A stretch of 64,000 nucleotides of DNA from Chloroflexota bacterium (GCA_965221905.1 OZ244922.1:480001-544000); one strand, 5' to 3'. Positions 20,571 through 31,419 are shown, counted from the stretch's first letter. The notes: a model not told the origin generated them from the letters alone. Translations and numbers: made by a program.

Positions 20571-21034
20571 TCAACAGCCGCTTCGACTTCAAGACCACAC
20601 GGTCGATCGCGAAAGTCGCGACCCTCACCCTTGATCTTTCTGCCAACACCCATGTTCATGGGCTGGGCTAGTCGTTCGTGGAGATTCGCGAGCGCTCGAT
20701 CGGCATGGACATGCGTCTGTGGATACTGGCGACACCTATTGATGGCACACTCATTGACGTGTCGCTGGTCGCGCAGGTACAGGAGCTACGTAAACCGAAA
20801 CGGTGGCTTGCGGGCCTGGGGTTTCTCCCGGTGGGGATGCGCGCCCCCTTCATGAGCAAGTTCACCGTGTCTCAACAAAAGCGAGAGGTTTTGCAGGATG
20901 AGGTCATCTGGAGCCGTAAACGGTACCAGTCCCGCCCGCGACTCTGCCGCTCCGACGGGGAGATCATGGCATTTCGACGCTACTGCGCCCAATTCTATCC
21001 CGATTCGAGCGAAAACGGCCGCTCGTCTGCCTGA
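20561..21034 (+). pseudogene. Rieske oxygenase catalytic C-terminal fragment (KshA/Neverland-like)
   Basis: HGLG*SF (in-frame TAG 20669-20671), TPID, QDEVIWSRKRY..RPRLC..DG.I..FRRYCAQFY; Rieske cluster domain absent. Confidence 0.7.
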
Positions 21035-21256
21035 TTTCGTAGACCCGGATTAGCACCAATCCGGAATGACAGCCACAGCAAAGTCACTTATTGCGGTACA
21101 CTTGTATCGTTCGATAGAGCGATCAGCGTCGCGCAGTGGCGTTTTGCCCGGCCAAGCGCCTGGGCTCTAAGGGTAGCGAGCGGAGGAGAAAACCCCGCAG
21201 GGCGGATTGCGACTGCCGGTCAGCGCCATGCAGAACAGTGAATAAGGAATTGGCCC

Positions 21257-22276
21257 ATGGTAACCTTACGCGACTTGTATGAGACTTCCATCGAAATTGG
21301 GCGAGAGCTCGATCCCAGAGGCCAAGACGCAATCGAGCGCCAACTACAACAGCGTCGCGACGAGTACGCTGCGCTGCCTGCTTGGGAGCAAGCGATCTAC
21401 GACCAAGAGCGCTTCCGCAATCCCTACGGCGACGTGCGCATATCCAACGGCCCGGATGATACCCCCATCCGCACCGCGCTGGTCGGCATCAACATGCACG
21501 TGAAGGAGATGCTGCTTGGGGTGCAACTGGCAGCGGGAGGGAGGCCGTTCGACGCGTACATTTCCCACCATACGAACAGTGTTGGCATTTCCGCCTCCCT
21601 CGTCGCCGACTTCATGGAGGTCAACGTTGACTACCTCGTCTGGGAAGGGGTGCCGGAAGATGAGGCGCACGCCTGCATCTTCGACTTCATGGCGGCACGG
21701 CTGCAAGAACACGAAGACATGCACCGCATCGGGCCCGATACGGCGAAGCTGCTAGGGTATCCGCTGGCCTGCATTCACACGCCGGTTGACTATGCGCATC
21801 GGCAATACATCAACGCGCTCTTTGCCCGCGAAAAGCCGGAGACGGTCGGCGACGTCGTAGAGCTCATGCTGACGATACCGGAGATGCAGGAAGCCGCGCG
21901 CATCGGCGCACTGCCCCGTATCATGACCGGCGATCCGGCGCAGCCCGCCGGACGTATCCACGCGAAGTTTGCCGGTGGCTACGCGTATCCGCCCAGCGCC
22001 TTCCCGCTGCTGGCAAAAGCGGGCGTGAACACCGTGGTGCAGGTTTCGGCGCACCCGGCAACGGTCGCTGCCTGCCGCGAGCACGGCATTGCCGTCGTGC
22101 GCCTGCCCCACTACGCTACCGATAACATCGGCGAGAACCTCCTCCTCGATGAACTTATGCGCCGCCTGGAGCCGTTCGAAGTCATTCCCTGCAACTATTT
22201 CGGCCGGGTCGACCGGGCGGGGGAACTTGCTGAGATGATGGCCGCAGGCCCCATTATCAGGGCACAGGGCAACTGA
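21257..22276 (+). CDS. NIF3-like protein, paralogue 3
   Basis: DPRG, NPYGDVRI, ISHH, CIHTPVD, HYATDNIGENLLLD. Confidence 0.8.
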   Translation: MVTLRDLYETSIEIGRELDPRGQDAIERQLQQRRDEYAALPAWEQAIYDQERFRNPYGDVRISNGPDDTPIRTALVGINMHVKEMLLGVQLAAGGRPFDAYISHHTNSVGISASLVADFMEVNVDYLVWEGVPEDEAHACIFDFMAARLQEHEDMHRIGPDTAKLLGYPLACIHTPVDYAHRQYINALFAREKPETVGDVVELMLTIPEMQEAARIGALPRIMTGDPAQPAGRIHAKFAGGYAYPPSAFPLLAKAGVNTVVQVSAHPATVAACREHGIAVVRLPHYATDNIGENLLLDELMRRLEPFEVIPCNYFGRVDRAGELAEMMAAGPIIRAQGN

Positions 22277-22304
22277 CCTTCAGCCTTTGAGGCAAAAGAT
22301 GAGA

Positions 22305-22334
22305 GAGACCCGCTGTCAGGCGGGTCTTCCCTTT
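22305..22334. terminator. hairpin between convergent genes, probable intrinsic terminator
   Basis: GAGACCCGC-loop-GCGGGTCTT followed by pyrimidine/T-rich run. Confidence 0.6.
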
Positions 22335-22372
22335 ATGTACTAGTGTGTACAGGGTGTGGAACGTTCGCAGTC

Positions 22373-23878
22373 CTACGGGTTTACGTCGTCGAACACCTCC
22401 GTAATCTCGGCGGGCGGCGGGGGTGTCAGAAGAGTGACAACCACGGCGATGGGGATGGCGATAATGAAGCCCGGGGTGGCCGGTTCAATGTCCATCATTC
22501 CGCCGGGACCACCGGAGAAGTAGCCCCAAATGGAAGCAACCACGGTGCCGGAGATCATCGACGCCATCGCTCCCCAGAAGTTGAAGCGCCGCCAATAGAG
22601 TGCCAGCAGGATAAGGGGGCCGAAGGCAGCGCCCATGCCGCCCCAAGCATAGGAGACAAGGTTGAGCACGGAATCAGGATTGAATATCGAGAGGGCGGCG
22701 GCGACGATGCCAACAACGACCAGCAAGAAGCGACCCAGCCACACCCGCGCAAAAGCGCCGAGCACAAAGATGTACCGTTTGGCGTACGCGTAGCGTCGGA
22801 TCAGTGGTAGGTCGTCAGTTGCCACCGCGGAGGCCAGCAGCAGTTGCGAGTCTGCTGTGCTCATGACGGCGGCTATTACGGCCGACAGCAGGATACCCGC
22901 TAAGATTGGCGGGAAGAAAACAGTAGCGGTAACAAGATAGAGGCGCTCCGGATCAGCGACTACATCATTGAGCCTGCCAACCTCGCCCAGGGCCGGTAAG
23001 GCGACCAGTCCCAGCATGAGGCCAAACGAAAAAATGAGCGCAGCCCAAAGCGTGCCAATGTTGCGGCTGGGCCGAATCCGCTCTTCGCTCTCCACCGCCA
23101 TGAAGCGCTGCAAAACACGCAGCGAGCCAAAGCTGCCCAAGCCCCAGCCGACAGTAGAGAGCAAGAACGTTACGGTGATGCCCTCGCCCGCGGCGTCCGT
23201 AAACGGATTCCAAAATCCGGCTGCCGTACCTTCCAGCCCCTTAAACGGATCGGATGTAAGGAACAGCAATGTAACGGGCAAGATGATGAAACCGGCCAGC
23301 ATGATCGAGGCCTGAAAGACGTCAGTGCGCGATACGGCGAGAAAGCCGCCAATGAAAGTGTAGGAAGCGACAGCGACGAGTGTCACCAGAATGCCCACAA
23401 TGCCTTCGAGGCCGAACACGGTGTTCAGTAGCTTAGAACCGGCGATCAAGCCGGAACTAATGTAGAAGATGATGAAAAAGAGGGCAATTACAGCGGAGAG
23501 CGTTCGCAGCACGCCCCATTTGTCTCCGAAACGCCTTTCAAAGAATTCCGGAAACGTGAGGGAGTTCTCCGCGGCAATAGTATACCGGCGCAACCGCTTG
23601 GCATAGATCGTCCAGGTCAACCAGAAACCCATGACGAGGCTAAATACCGTCCAGAGCTCTATGGCGCCGTTCATGAATGCCAGGGCCGGGAAGACCAGCA
23701 TCGTCCAGCCACTAGTGGAGGACGAGCCGGAACTCAACGCCGAGGTGATGCTGCCCACGCGCCGACCGCCGAGCACATAGTCCGACATCTCCTGCATCTG
23801 GCGGCTGCGAAAGACCGCGATGCCGATGAGCGCCGCAAAATACGCCAAGAAGACGATGAGTACCCATGTGGTCAACAT
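22373..23878 (-). CDS. putP: sodium/proline symporter (SSS family)
   Basis: DYVLGGR, SGW, FFERRF, YTFIGGFLAVSRTDVFQ, QRFMA, AAVMSTADSQLL, YAWGGMGAAFGP. Confidence 0.85.
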   Translation of the reverse strand: MLTTWVLIVFLAYFAALIGIAVFRSRQMQEMSDYVLGGRRVGSITSALSSGSSSTSGWTMLVFPALAFMNGAIELWTVFSLVMGFWLTWTIYAKRLRRYTIAAENSLTFPEFFERRFGDKWGVLRTLSAVIALFFIIFYISSGLIAGSKLLNTVFGLEGIVGILVTLVAVASYTFIGGFLAVSRTDVFQASIMLAGFIILPVTLLFLTSDPFKGLEGTAAGFWNPFTDAAGEGITVTFLLSTVGWGLGSFGSLRVLQRFMAVESEERIRPSRNIGTLWAALIFSFGLMLGLVALPALGEVGRLNDVVADPERLYLVTATVFFPPILAGILLSAVIAAVMSTADSQLLLASAVATDDLPLIRRYAYAKRYIFVLGAFARVWLGRFLLVVVGIVAAALSIFNPDSVLNLVSYAWGGMGAAFGPLILLALYWRRFNFWGAMASMISGTVVASIWGYFSGGPGGMMDIEPATPGFIIAIPIAVVVTLLTPPPPAEITEVFDDVNP

Positions 23879-24186
23879 GCGCTAGATATCCCTCTCGTGT
23901 TCTCAATTCCGCAGCGTACAGAATACTGTCTACATGAGGGTGTGTCTACCCTCTTGACGCTAAATACCTAGACAGACTAGGAGGAGGTTAATCGCGAGGG
24001 CATTTGGGCTGCACCGCGAAGCCACTTCCATGCGCTCTTTCGTCTTTAACTGTCTGCGGACAGCAAGCCCGGTAATGCAGGGTCTGTAGACGAGACCATC
24101 GTTCCAAGACCATGGACAAGCAACTTGCATACTCCTCTGGTAAACTCAGAAAAACTGCATATCCGTCACCCAGGAGGTAGTCCAAT

Positions 24187-25932
24187 ATGGGCATGCTCAT
24201 TCTCACCCAACCAGGTAGCCGCGCGAATACGTATGGACCGTATACGACTGCGGTACTGAAGGCGGAAGGTTTTGCGGACCTCGACGTGCAGCCAATCGGC
24301 CAGGAGTCTCTGGGGCAGCTCGACTCCTACGACGCGGTGATTCTTACACCCTGTTTGCCAAGGCGTGTCTACGTGGAGCGGCTCGTGTCCTATGTGAAGT
24401 CAGGTGGACGCCTGATCGCGCTGCGGCCTTCGCGGCTGCTGGCGTTGGAATTGGGTCTTGTGCCAACGGAGACCGTTTCCTATCCGGCGTACGTGCGGCC
24501 GCTGCCGGGCAATTCGATAAGCGCCGGCGTGCCGCATGAGTCCGTTCAGACCCATATGCCTTCCAACAACTACGAGCCGCTGCAACTGCCGGAAGGCACG
24601 CGGGAGATCGCCCGAATCTATGTCGATGCCGAAGTCGAAACATCCTATTCCGCTATCCTCCACTTCCCTTTAGGTCAAGGGCAAGTGGTGGTGTTCGGTT
24701 ACGATCTGGCGCAGGCGGTAGCCCTGATTCGCCAGGGCAACCCGGTCCACTACGGCTGGCGCACCCTTGGGTTCGGCGGGCCCTACCGGCCTAACGAGTT
24801 CTTTACCAACCACCTGGATAATCGCCGCATGCACCTGCCGCAGGCCGACATCCACGCCATGCTGCTCGGCAACGCCATCAATGCCATTGCCAGGAACCCG
24901 CAGCCGCGCTTATGGTACTACGCCACACCCGAGACCAAGAGCATGGTAGTGTTGGATTCCGACGACGACTACTCGCCGTTGGAAGCGTTCGAAGCGCTCA
25001 TGAATGCGGCGGAAGCACACGGCGGCCACGTCACTATCTATCTCATGCTCGGCCCTTCGAAGTACACCATCGCGACGCCGGAACGGGTGGAAGGCTGGCG
25101 CGCCCGCGGCCACTCCTTCGGCATCCATCACAACGCGTTCGACCCGCAGTACGTCAATGAAGAACAGGACGCCGTGATGGAAGAGATCGTGCGGCGCGAC
25201 ACCGATTACTTCCGGGAGCACTACGGCGGCGAGACGGTCATCGCCAATCGCAATCACTGCCTCGGCTGGAAGGGGTACGTGGACTTGCCGCGCATTTACG
25301 AGGACGTGGGCGTGGTGCTGGATACCAACGTGCTCAGCATCCACAATCAGTGGCTCCAGTATACAAATGGCTCCGGTCACCCCGGCAAATTTGTTGATAC
25401 CGATGGATCGGTTATCGAGGTCTTCCAGCAACTCACGCAGGCCTATGACGACGCGTCGGTCAAGCCCAAGCTTTCATCGGACCCCATGGGTGAAGCCAAG
25501 CAGACACGCCAGGTGATGGTGGACAAGAAAGAGCGCTACTTCAGTCCGCTCACCATGCTCTCGCATCCCGTTTCGTTCTACACCTATAGCAGCGCCTATC
25601 AGAATCAATGCTGGGACTACGCGAATGAACTGGGACTGCCCATCTGGAGCGCGTTTGAATGGGCGGCATTCGTGCGGGCGCGCGACCGGGCGCAGGTTTC
25701 TCATAGTGCCTGGGATAATGGAAGCTTCTCCTGTAGGGTTTCCGGCAGCTCACCGAATGGCAGCTTTACGCTGATGGTTCCGGTGCAATGTGGCGAGACG
25801 CCGCGTGCATCAGTGGAGGGCAAGGACGTTGACGTAACCTTGCAGGACGCCTACGGCTGGACGTATGCCTTGGTGCCGGTGCCCATCAGTAGCAATGGTG
25901 CGGAGTCGCGGCACGTGGTACTGCAAACATGA
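24187..25932 (+). CDS. hypothetical protein; glutamine-amidotransferase-like N-terminus and polysaccharide-deacetylase-like (NodB-type) domain
   Basis: 581-aa ORF with AGGAGG RBS; DSDDD, GHSFGIH, NRNH, HP motifs resemble a deacetylase barrel. Confidence 0.6.
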   Translation: MGMLILTQPGSRANTYGPYTTAVLKAEGFADLDVQPIGQESLGQLDSYDAVILTPCLPRRVYVERLVSYVKSGGRLIALRPSRLLALELGLVPTETVSYPAYVRPLPGNSISAGVPHESVQTHMPSNNYEPLQLPEGTREIARIYVDAEVETSYSAILHFPLGQGQVVVFGYDLAQAVALIRQGNPVHYGWRTLGFGGPYRPNEFFTNHLDNRRMHLPQADIHAMLLGNAINAIARNPQPRLWYYATPETKSMVVLDSDDDYSPLEAFEALMNAAEAHGGHVTIYLMLGPSKYTIATPERVEGWRARGHSFGIHHNAFDPQYVNEEQDAVMEEIVRRDTDYFREHYGGETVIANRNHCLGWKGYVDLPRIYEDVGVVLDTNVLSIHNQWLQYTNGSGHPGKFVDTDGSVIEVFQQLTQAYDDASVKPKLSSDPMGEAKQTRQVMVDKKERYFSPLTMLSHPVSFYTYSSAYQNQCWDYANELGLPIWSAFEWAAFVRARDRAQVSHSAWDNGSFSCRVSGSSPNGSFTLMVPVQCGETPRASVEGKDVDVTLQDAYGWTYALVPVPISSNGAESRHVVLQT

Positions 25933-26165
25933 TAGACTCGTCAATGCAGACTAGTAGTTGAACACATTTGTATTGATGAATGGGGTAACGGTAGCACAGG
26001 TTTGTAACCTGTGCCCAACCCCTCGGATTGGCGTGATTGCTCCATGTCACGGGAAGATGGCGCAGGTTACAAACCTACGCTACCCATCAATGCAATCATG
26101 TTGGACTACTCGGCTGCGTAAGTACGTTTATACGCCGAACAGCACACAGTAGCGAGGAGTCTTTA

Positions 26166-27383
26166 ATGGATTTGACGAGAGAAGAACAAGACCTGCTGCA
26201 GAACGCCAAGCGCCAGTTTCCGTTCCCAACACTTGGCGGCTGGTATACCGAAGCGGAAGTGGACGCCCTCAACGCCAGCTTGCGCGAGAGCATGGACTGG
26301 AGAATAGGGTTTCACGGTCCGGAGGTTACGCAATTCGAGCAAGAGTTCGCGGAGTACTGCGACGTTAAGCATGCGCTTGCCGTGAATTCCTGCGGCACCG
26401 GCTTGGACGCGGCTATACATGCCCTCAAACTCGGCCCTGAAGATGAAGTAATCGTGCCCGGTATCACGTTCAAGGCTACGTCGCTCTGCGTCATGGGCGT
26501 GGGCGCCAAAGTGGTGCTGGCGGAGATCGATCCGGCCACGTTCAACATCGATCCGAACGACATCGAACGCTGCATGACGCCCAATACCCGCGCGATCCTG
26601 GCCGTGCACAACAACGGTCTTTCCGCCGATGTGGATGCGTTGGAAGACATCGCCCAGCGGCACCCGCATCCCGTCCACGGCCCGGTGCCCGTTCTCTGCG
26701 ACGCGGCGCGCGCAGTCGGCGCAGGGTACAAGGGTACTAAGGTCGGCAAGGCAGGCGCCATGAACATCTTTAGCTTCCAGACCAGCAAGAACATGACGAC
26801 CCTGGGCGAGGGCGGCATGGTCACGACGGACGATGACGACTATGCCGCGTTCGTGAGCAGTATGCGCTCGTTTGGCAGCACGTTGGACAATTGGGGCACG
26901 AACTTCCGCATGACCAAGCTGCAAGCGGTGGCGGGTTCGGTCCAACTCACGCGCCTGGACGAGATGAACGAGGCGCGGCGGCAGCGCGTGGCCGATTTTG
27001 TCGAGTTGATCGAGGACATCCCCGGCCTGACCCTGCCTATCGAGCCCGAGGGCTACGACCATGTATGGTACGGCTATACGCTGCTGCTCGATGAGGAGTG
27101 GGTCGGCGACCCGCGCGACAAGATGGCCGACCGCCTCATCGGCGAGCACGGCGTGGGCACCTGGATCATGAACGCATCGCTGCCGGACTACCACGGCTTT
27201 ATGGTGAAAATCGGGCACAGGCCGGAAGACGTGCCGGTCTCTACCGACACTGGACGCCGCCTCTTCTGCCCGGCAATCCACCCGCTTATGAGCGATGAAG
27301 ACTTGCGCTATGTGGCGGCGGCTATCAAGGAGAGCATGAACACAGTGGCTGCGGACATGCGCCTGCCGGTTGCAGTGGGCTAA
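26166..27383 (+). CDS. DegT/DnrJ/EryC1/StrS family PLP aminotransferase
   Basis: FEQEFAEY, AVNSCG, DEVIVP, DAA, FSFQTSKNMTTLGEGG; GAGGAG RBS before ATG 26166. Confidence 0.92.
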   Translation: MDLTREEQDLLQNAKRQFPFPTLGGWYTEAEVDALNASLRESMDWRIGFHGPEVTQFEQEFAEYCDVKHALAVNSCGTGLDAAIHALKLGPEDEVIVPGITFKATSLCVMGVGAKVVLAEIDPATFNIDPNDIERCMTPNTRAILAVHNNGLSADVDALEDIAQRHPHPVHGPVPVLCDAARAVGAGYKGTKVGKAGAMNIFSFQTSKNMTTLGEGGMVTTDDDDYAAFVSSMRSFGSTLDNWGTNFRMTKLQAVAGSVQLTRLDEMNEARRQRVADFVELIEDIPGLTLPIEPEGYDHVWYGYTLLLDEEWVGDPRDKMADRLIGEHGVGTWIMNASLPDYHGFMVKIGHRPEDVPVSTDTGRRLFCPAIHPLMSDEDLRYVAAAIKESMNTVAADMRLPVAVG

Positions 27384-27555
27384 CTGGACTACGGCAGGGC
27401 TCATGGTCAAGATTCTGACGCACTGCGGTGGAGTTTGATGTCTCTTAGGTTTTTTAGGGACCTATCAGAACGATATGCGGCGAGTCCGTTGTCGCAGCTA
27501 AGTTGGCATGTTCGGCGGGTCGCGTGGCGACATGCGTCCGAAACAGACATAGAAA

Positions 27556-27750
27556 GTGAGAGTGCCGCCTGTGTCTACCGATAGTGATCCAGAGCTTGGC
27601 GCTTTGTGTGCCGAAATCAGGGATGACTTCGCTGGCTTGCGCGCTGATTTGTGGGCCATGGAGCGGCGCATGACTCTGCGGCTGGGCGGGCTCTATGTGG
27701 TGGGTGTAGTATTGCTCGCCGTACTAAAACTCATAGATCGAGTGGGCTAG
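27556..27750 (+). CDS. small coiled-coil protein with C-terminal TM helix (DUF1640-like), possibly a remnant
   Basis: ADLWAMERRMTLRLGG followed by a hydrophobic tail. Confidence 0.45.
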   Translation: MRVPPVSTDSDPELGALCAEIRDDFAGLRADLWAMERRMTLRLGGLYVVGVVLLAVLKLIDRVG

Positions 27751-27836
27751 AAGATCATGCGTGGAGCTTGCGCCTCATGGCCTGAAACACGCATGTGATC
27801 TAGAACCGGAGCACTAATAGAGGAAGCATTCTACTA

Positions 27837-28949
27837 ATGAAGAAAACGATCGTTCACCCGCTGCGGTTTGTCGTGGGACCGGGTGTGGTTGGAGATGTCG
27901 GAGCGCATGCCGCGGCGCTGGGCACCAAAGCGTTCATTGTCGGCGGCGGTAGAGCTGTTGCGGCCATTAAGGACACCGTTACCGGCGCGCTCGACGAACA
28001 CGGCATTCCGTATCACATCGAGCACGGTAAGCACGTCGATAAGAAGCGCCCGGAAGTGGATGCGCTGGTGGCGAAGGGCAGGGCGCAAGGCGCGGATGTT
28101 GTCATCGCGGCGGGCGGCGGGCGTGTGGTAGACGCGGCCAAGGCCATAGCACACGAGATGGGCGCGTGGCTCATCAGCGTACCGACCGTCGCATCCACCA
28201 ATGCGACGGCAACCTTTAGTGCTAGTATCGAAGGCGATGCCGATCGCAACGTGTGGTACGTCGGGCCGCACACGGTGATTGCCGACACCCGCATCATTGC
28301 CCAAGGCGGGGGCCGCTGGCTGGCGGCCGGCATGGCCGATGCGCTACCGACGTGGACGGGCGGTCGCATCGGGCGCGAACTTCGCCTACGCAGCGGTACT
28401 GAACGCATTCTCGGCTTCGATAATGTCTTCCCCACCGGCGCGGCCGTCGCAATTGCGGAATGGACCTACGACACGATTCTGGGTTACGGCGAATCGGCGT
28501 ACCATGCGTGCGAGCGGGGTGCTGCGACTGAAGCGGTTGACAAGGTTGTTGAAGCGATAGTCTACGGCGGCGGTGTGGCCGGCCCGGCGTGCGGCGGGGT
28601 GGGCGGTGAGCACGGTGTGCATCCCGGGAAATCGAAACACGCCACCATCGAGAGGGTGCACGGCGAAGAGGTGGCATTCGGTGTTCTGGTTGCGGTGGCG
28701 CTCATGCAGCAGGGCGAGGCTGAGGTGCGCAAGCTGATACGTTTCAATCAGTCCGTCAAACTGCCCTCTACATTCGCCGACTTTGGCGTGCAGAACGCGT
28801 CGCGTAGCCTTGTGCGTGAGATTGCGGAAGAAATCCTCGGTCCGGGCGGCAAGAGTACCTTTGGCCTCTGGTACGACGTGGACGTAGACTTGCTCACCGA
28901 CGTGATGGTGGACGTTGACCGCATGGCGCAAGAGGAGCAGGGCCGATAG
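27837..28949 (+). CDS. glycerol dehydrogenase-like metal-dependent alcohol dehydrogenase
   Basis: GGGRVVDAAK, VPTVAST, AGMADAL, H..H and HGEEVAFG metal ligands. Confidence 0.85.
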   Translation: MKKTIVHPLRFVVGPGVVGDVGAHAAALGTKAFIVGGGRAVAAIKDTVTGALDEHGIPYHIEHGKHVDKKRPEVDALVAKGRAQGADVVIAAGGGRVVDAAKAIAHEMGAWLISVPTVASTNATATFSASIEGDADRNVWYVGPHTVIADTRIIAQGGGRWLAAGMADALPTWTGGRIGRELRLRSGTERILGFDNVFPTGAAVAIAEWTYDTILGYGESAYHACERGAATEAVDKVVEAIVYGGGVAGPACGGVGGEHGVHPGKSKHATIERVHGEEVAFGVLVAVALMQQGEAEVRKLIRFNQSVKLPSTFADFGVQNASRSLVREIAEEILGPGGKSTFGLWYDVDVDLLTDVMVDVDRMAQEEQGR

Positions 28950-29136
28950 CTAGTGTCCTCGGCTACCTCGTAGCGGTGGCATTTCAAGAACCCGAACGCC
29001 GATTCGTAAGGGTAGGGTGGGGCCTTGTGCCCCACCATTTCAGGGAAGCGACGAACAGACACCGGTGCTGTGCTTTGCACTGGAATCCTATGAGAGAGAA
29101 TAGTCAGTCGCAGCAGGACGTAAAGGAACGAGATTC

Positions 29137-30021
29137 ATGGCCGGTAAACCCCTCTATGTGATCTTCACGCAGGACTGCGAGCAACTCATGGACGACTCCA
29201 TTCACGGTGGGCCTACGGAATGGAGCGTCAGCGAACGGTCGGTCACGGGCTTTGCGGACACCTTGGAGGATTACGGCTTGAGCGCGACGTTCTTCATCGT
29301 GGCGCAGACGGCAGCGGCACAGCCTGCGCTGTACCGGGACTTGGAAAAGCGCGGTTTCGAAATCGGCTTGCACATACACCCGCAGGACACCGGTCTTGGG
29401 TACACTGACTATCTCGGCGGGTACACGTTCGACGAACAGGTGAGCCTCTTTGAAAGAGTAACGGACCAGTGGGCAAATGCCATTGGCAAACGACCGACCA
29501 CCTTCCGGGGCGGCAATTTTTCCGCTAACGATCACACGTATCCCGCGCTCGCCGCCACGGGCTTTACACATGGCAGTGTCTCTTCACCGGGCCGGCAGTA
29601 CAACGATGCCAAGGCCGTCTGGCAGGGCGCCGTCTCCTACGCGCATTACGCCCACAAAGCGAACCGTCTCTTTCCCGGCGACCTTGACTTCTACGAGATA
29701 CCCCTCACCTGCGACCAGGTGCGGCGGCGCGCGCCGCATCTGCCGATGGAATTGCGCATCGAGGGCGGCGATCCGGCATCACATCGGCAGACCATCCGCC
29801 AAGCCTGGGCGGACATGGCGGAGTATGATGACGAAATGCCCAAGATCATCATGCCCTTCACCCACAACACGCACTTTTACGCCGACACCAACGGTGAGAA
29901 ACGGTTGGCGCTCGATGCTATCGTGGATGAAATCAACACGATTGCTGAGGAAGAAGGCTGCGAGGTCGTCGGCGGTACCATTGGCAGCGTCTACGCGGCG
30001 GTGGAAGGGATACGCAATTAG
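29137..30021 (+). CDS. polysaccharide deacetylase family protein
   Basis: TQDCE, ATFF, EIGLHIHP, FRGG, YEIP. Confidence 0.8.
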   Translation: MAGKPLYVIFTQDCEQLMDDSIHGGPTEWSVSERSVTGFADTLEDYGLSATFFIVAQTAAAQPALYRDLEKRGFEIGLHIHPQDTGLGYTDYLGGYTFDEQVSLFERVTDQWANAIGKRPTTFRGGNFSANDHTYPALAATGFTHGSVSSPGRQYNDAKAVWQGAVSYAHYAHKANRLFPGDLDFYEIPLTCDQVRRRAPHLPMELRIEGGDPASHRQTIRQAWADMAEYDDEMPKIIMPFTHNTHFYADTNGEKRLALDAIVDEINTIAEEEGCEVVGGTIGSVYAAVEGIRN

Positions 30022-30078
30022 CCCGATGGGCTAGGTAGGTCGACGACGGAAAGCTGTAGCAAACAGGAGGATATTCCC

Positions 30079-31116
30079 ATGCGGCAAGTGGTACAGTCAG
30101 GAACGCCCAATGAAATGGGTCTCCAGCATGGCGCAGCATTTGCGGACATAATTCCCCTGGCGGTGAAACGGTTCGCGCTGGACCGGGGCTGGAATACGGC
30201 GCACGGGAGGCGGGTGCTGCGGCAGGTGGAGCGCAACCTAGACAGAGTGTTCCCTGAGTCTCTGGAGGAACTTCACGCCATTGCGGACGCCGCCAATGTG
30301 AACTTCGACGATCTCCTTGCCTACAATGCTTGCCAGGAAATCGGACGCTCCCGCGAAGAATGCACAAATGTCGCGCTGGCGGGTACACCCAACGGCACCA
30401 TCCATTTCAAGTCGAATGACGTGAGCGCCGATATGAAGCAATACCATGTCTTGCAAGAGACTCATCCCGACCGCGGACTCGCCTTCATCGGGGTGAACTA
30501 CGTCGGTACCACGTGGCTAAATGCGGGCGTAAACGAAGCCGGTCTCACCTATGGCGGCAGCAGCATTCCCAACAATGATAGCGATTGGGATGGTATCCCA
30601 TCGAATACGCTTCTACGTTATCTATTGCAGTATTCTGACACCGTTGACGCGGTGGCCGACATGGTGGCGCGCACGCCTATTATGAACCACGGCCTCAACC
30701 TCATGTTCACCGATCCGAGCGGCGCTGCTATCGTCGTGGAACGCTCGCCCACCCGCACGGCCGTGCGGCGCATGGATAGCCACACCATCTGGAATACGAA
30801 CCACTACTTGGGCGACGAGATGCAGGCGGTGCTGAAAAACGACGGCGGGGCGGCAGCCGCCAATAGTCGCGACCGCTTTACGGTGCTCGAGCGACTGACC
30901 GCGGAGCAGCCCCACTCGCTGGAGCAACTCGTGCGGATTGCGCGCACCCATACCGAGCCCGCGGACATCTGTCGGCACGGCCCCCTGGCACACAGCATCA
31001 TGGGCTACATTATGATTGCGCAGGAACGCAGCCTGCTGGTGAGCGCTGGCTACCCGTGCGAGAATGAGTTCGAGGCATTTACGTTCTCAAAGGCGCCCGC
31101 AGCCGCAGCGTCTTGA
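30079..31116 (+). CDS. C45 family Ntn-hydrolase (acyl-CoA:6-APA acyltransferase-like)
   Basis: G.QHG, autocleavage site EE-CT, GVNEAGL, NTNHY, S..R. Confidence 0.85.
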   Translation: MRQVVQSGTPNEMGLQHGAAFADIIPLAVKRFALDRGWNTAHGRRVLRQVERNLDRVFPESLEELHAIADAANVNFDDLLAYNACQEIGRSREECTNVALAGTPNGTIHFKSNDVSADMKQYHVLQETHPDRGLAFIGVNYVGTTWLNAGVNEAGLTYGGSSIPNNDSDWDGIPSNTLLRYLLQYSDTVDAVADMVARTPIMNHGLNLMFTDPSGAAIVVERSPTRTAVRRMDSHTIWNTNHYLGDEMQAVLKNDGGAAAANSRDRFTVLERLTAEQPHSLEQLVRIARTHTEPADICRHGPLAHSIMGYIMIAQERSLLVSAGYPCENEFEAFTFSKAPAAAAS

Positions 31117-31419
31117 CGATGGGATAACGCAGCGAGTCGTTACCGATAGTGCCCGGCTCTCGTTGCCTGTCACTCCGGCGAAAGCCGGAGTCTAGGAAAA
31201 TTGCGCAGATGGATTCCCGCAGTCGCTGGAATGACGATTCGGTCACGCTCAAGTTTTCTCGGCAATTGGGGGAGAGTGGAGTTTGTCAATTGGTTAAACA
31301 TCAATTACAAGAATGACAAGAAGCGCCACCCATCGCAGGGGCAGCGACTAAGTATGCTGATTTCGTTGATGGTTGAATCTGGCGAACTTATATGACTATT
31401 GCGTAATAGCAGTAACCCA

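Noticed and set aside
20669-20671. In-frame TAG as pyrrolysine recoding
   Set aside because: One base from a Tyr codon in HGLG(Y)SF and within an already truncated gene; a nonsense mutation is simpler.
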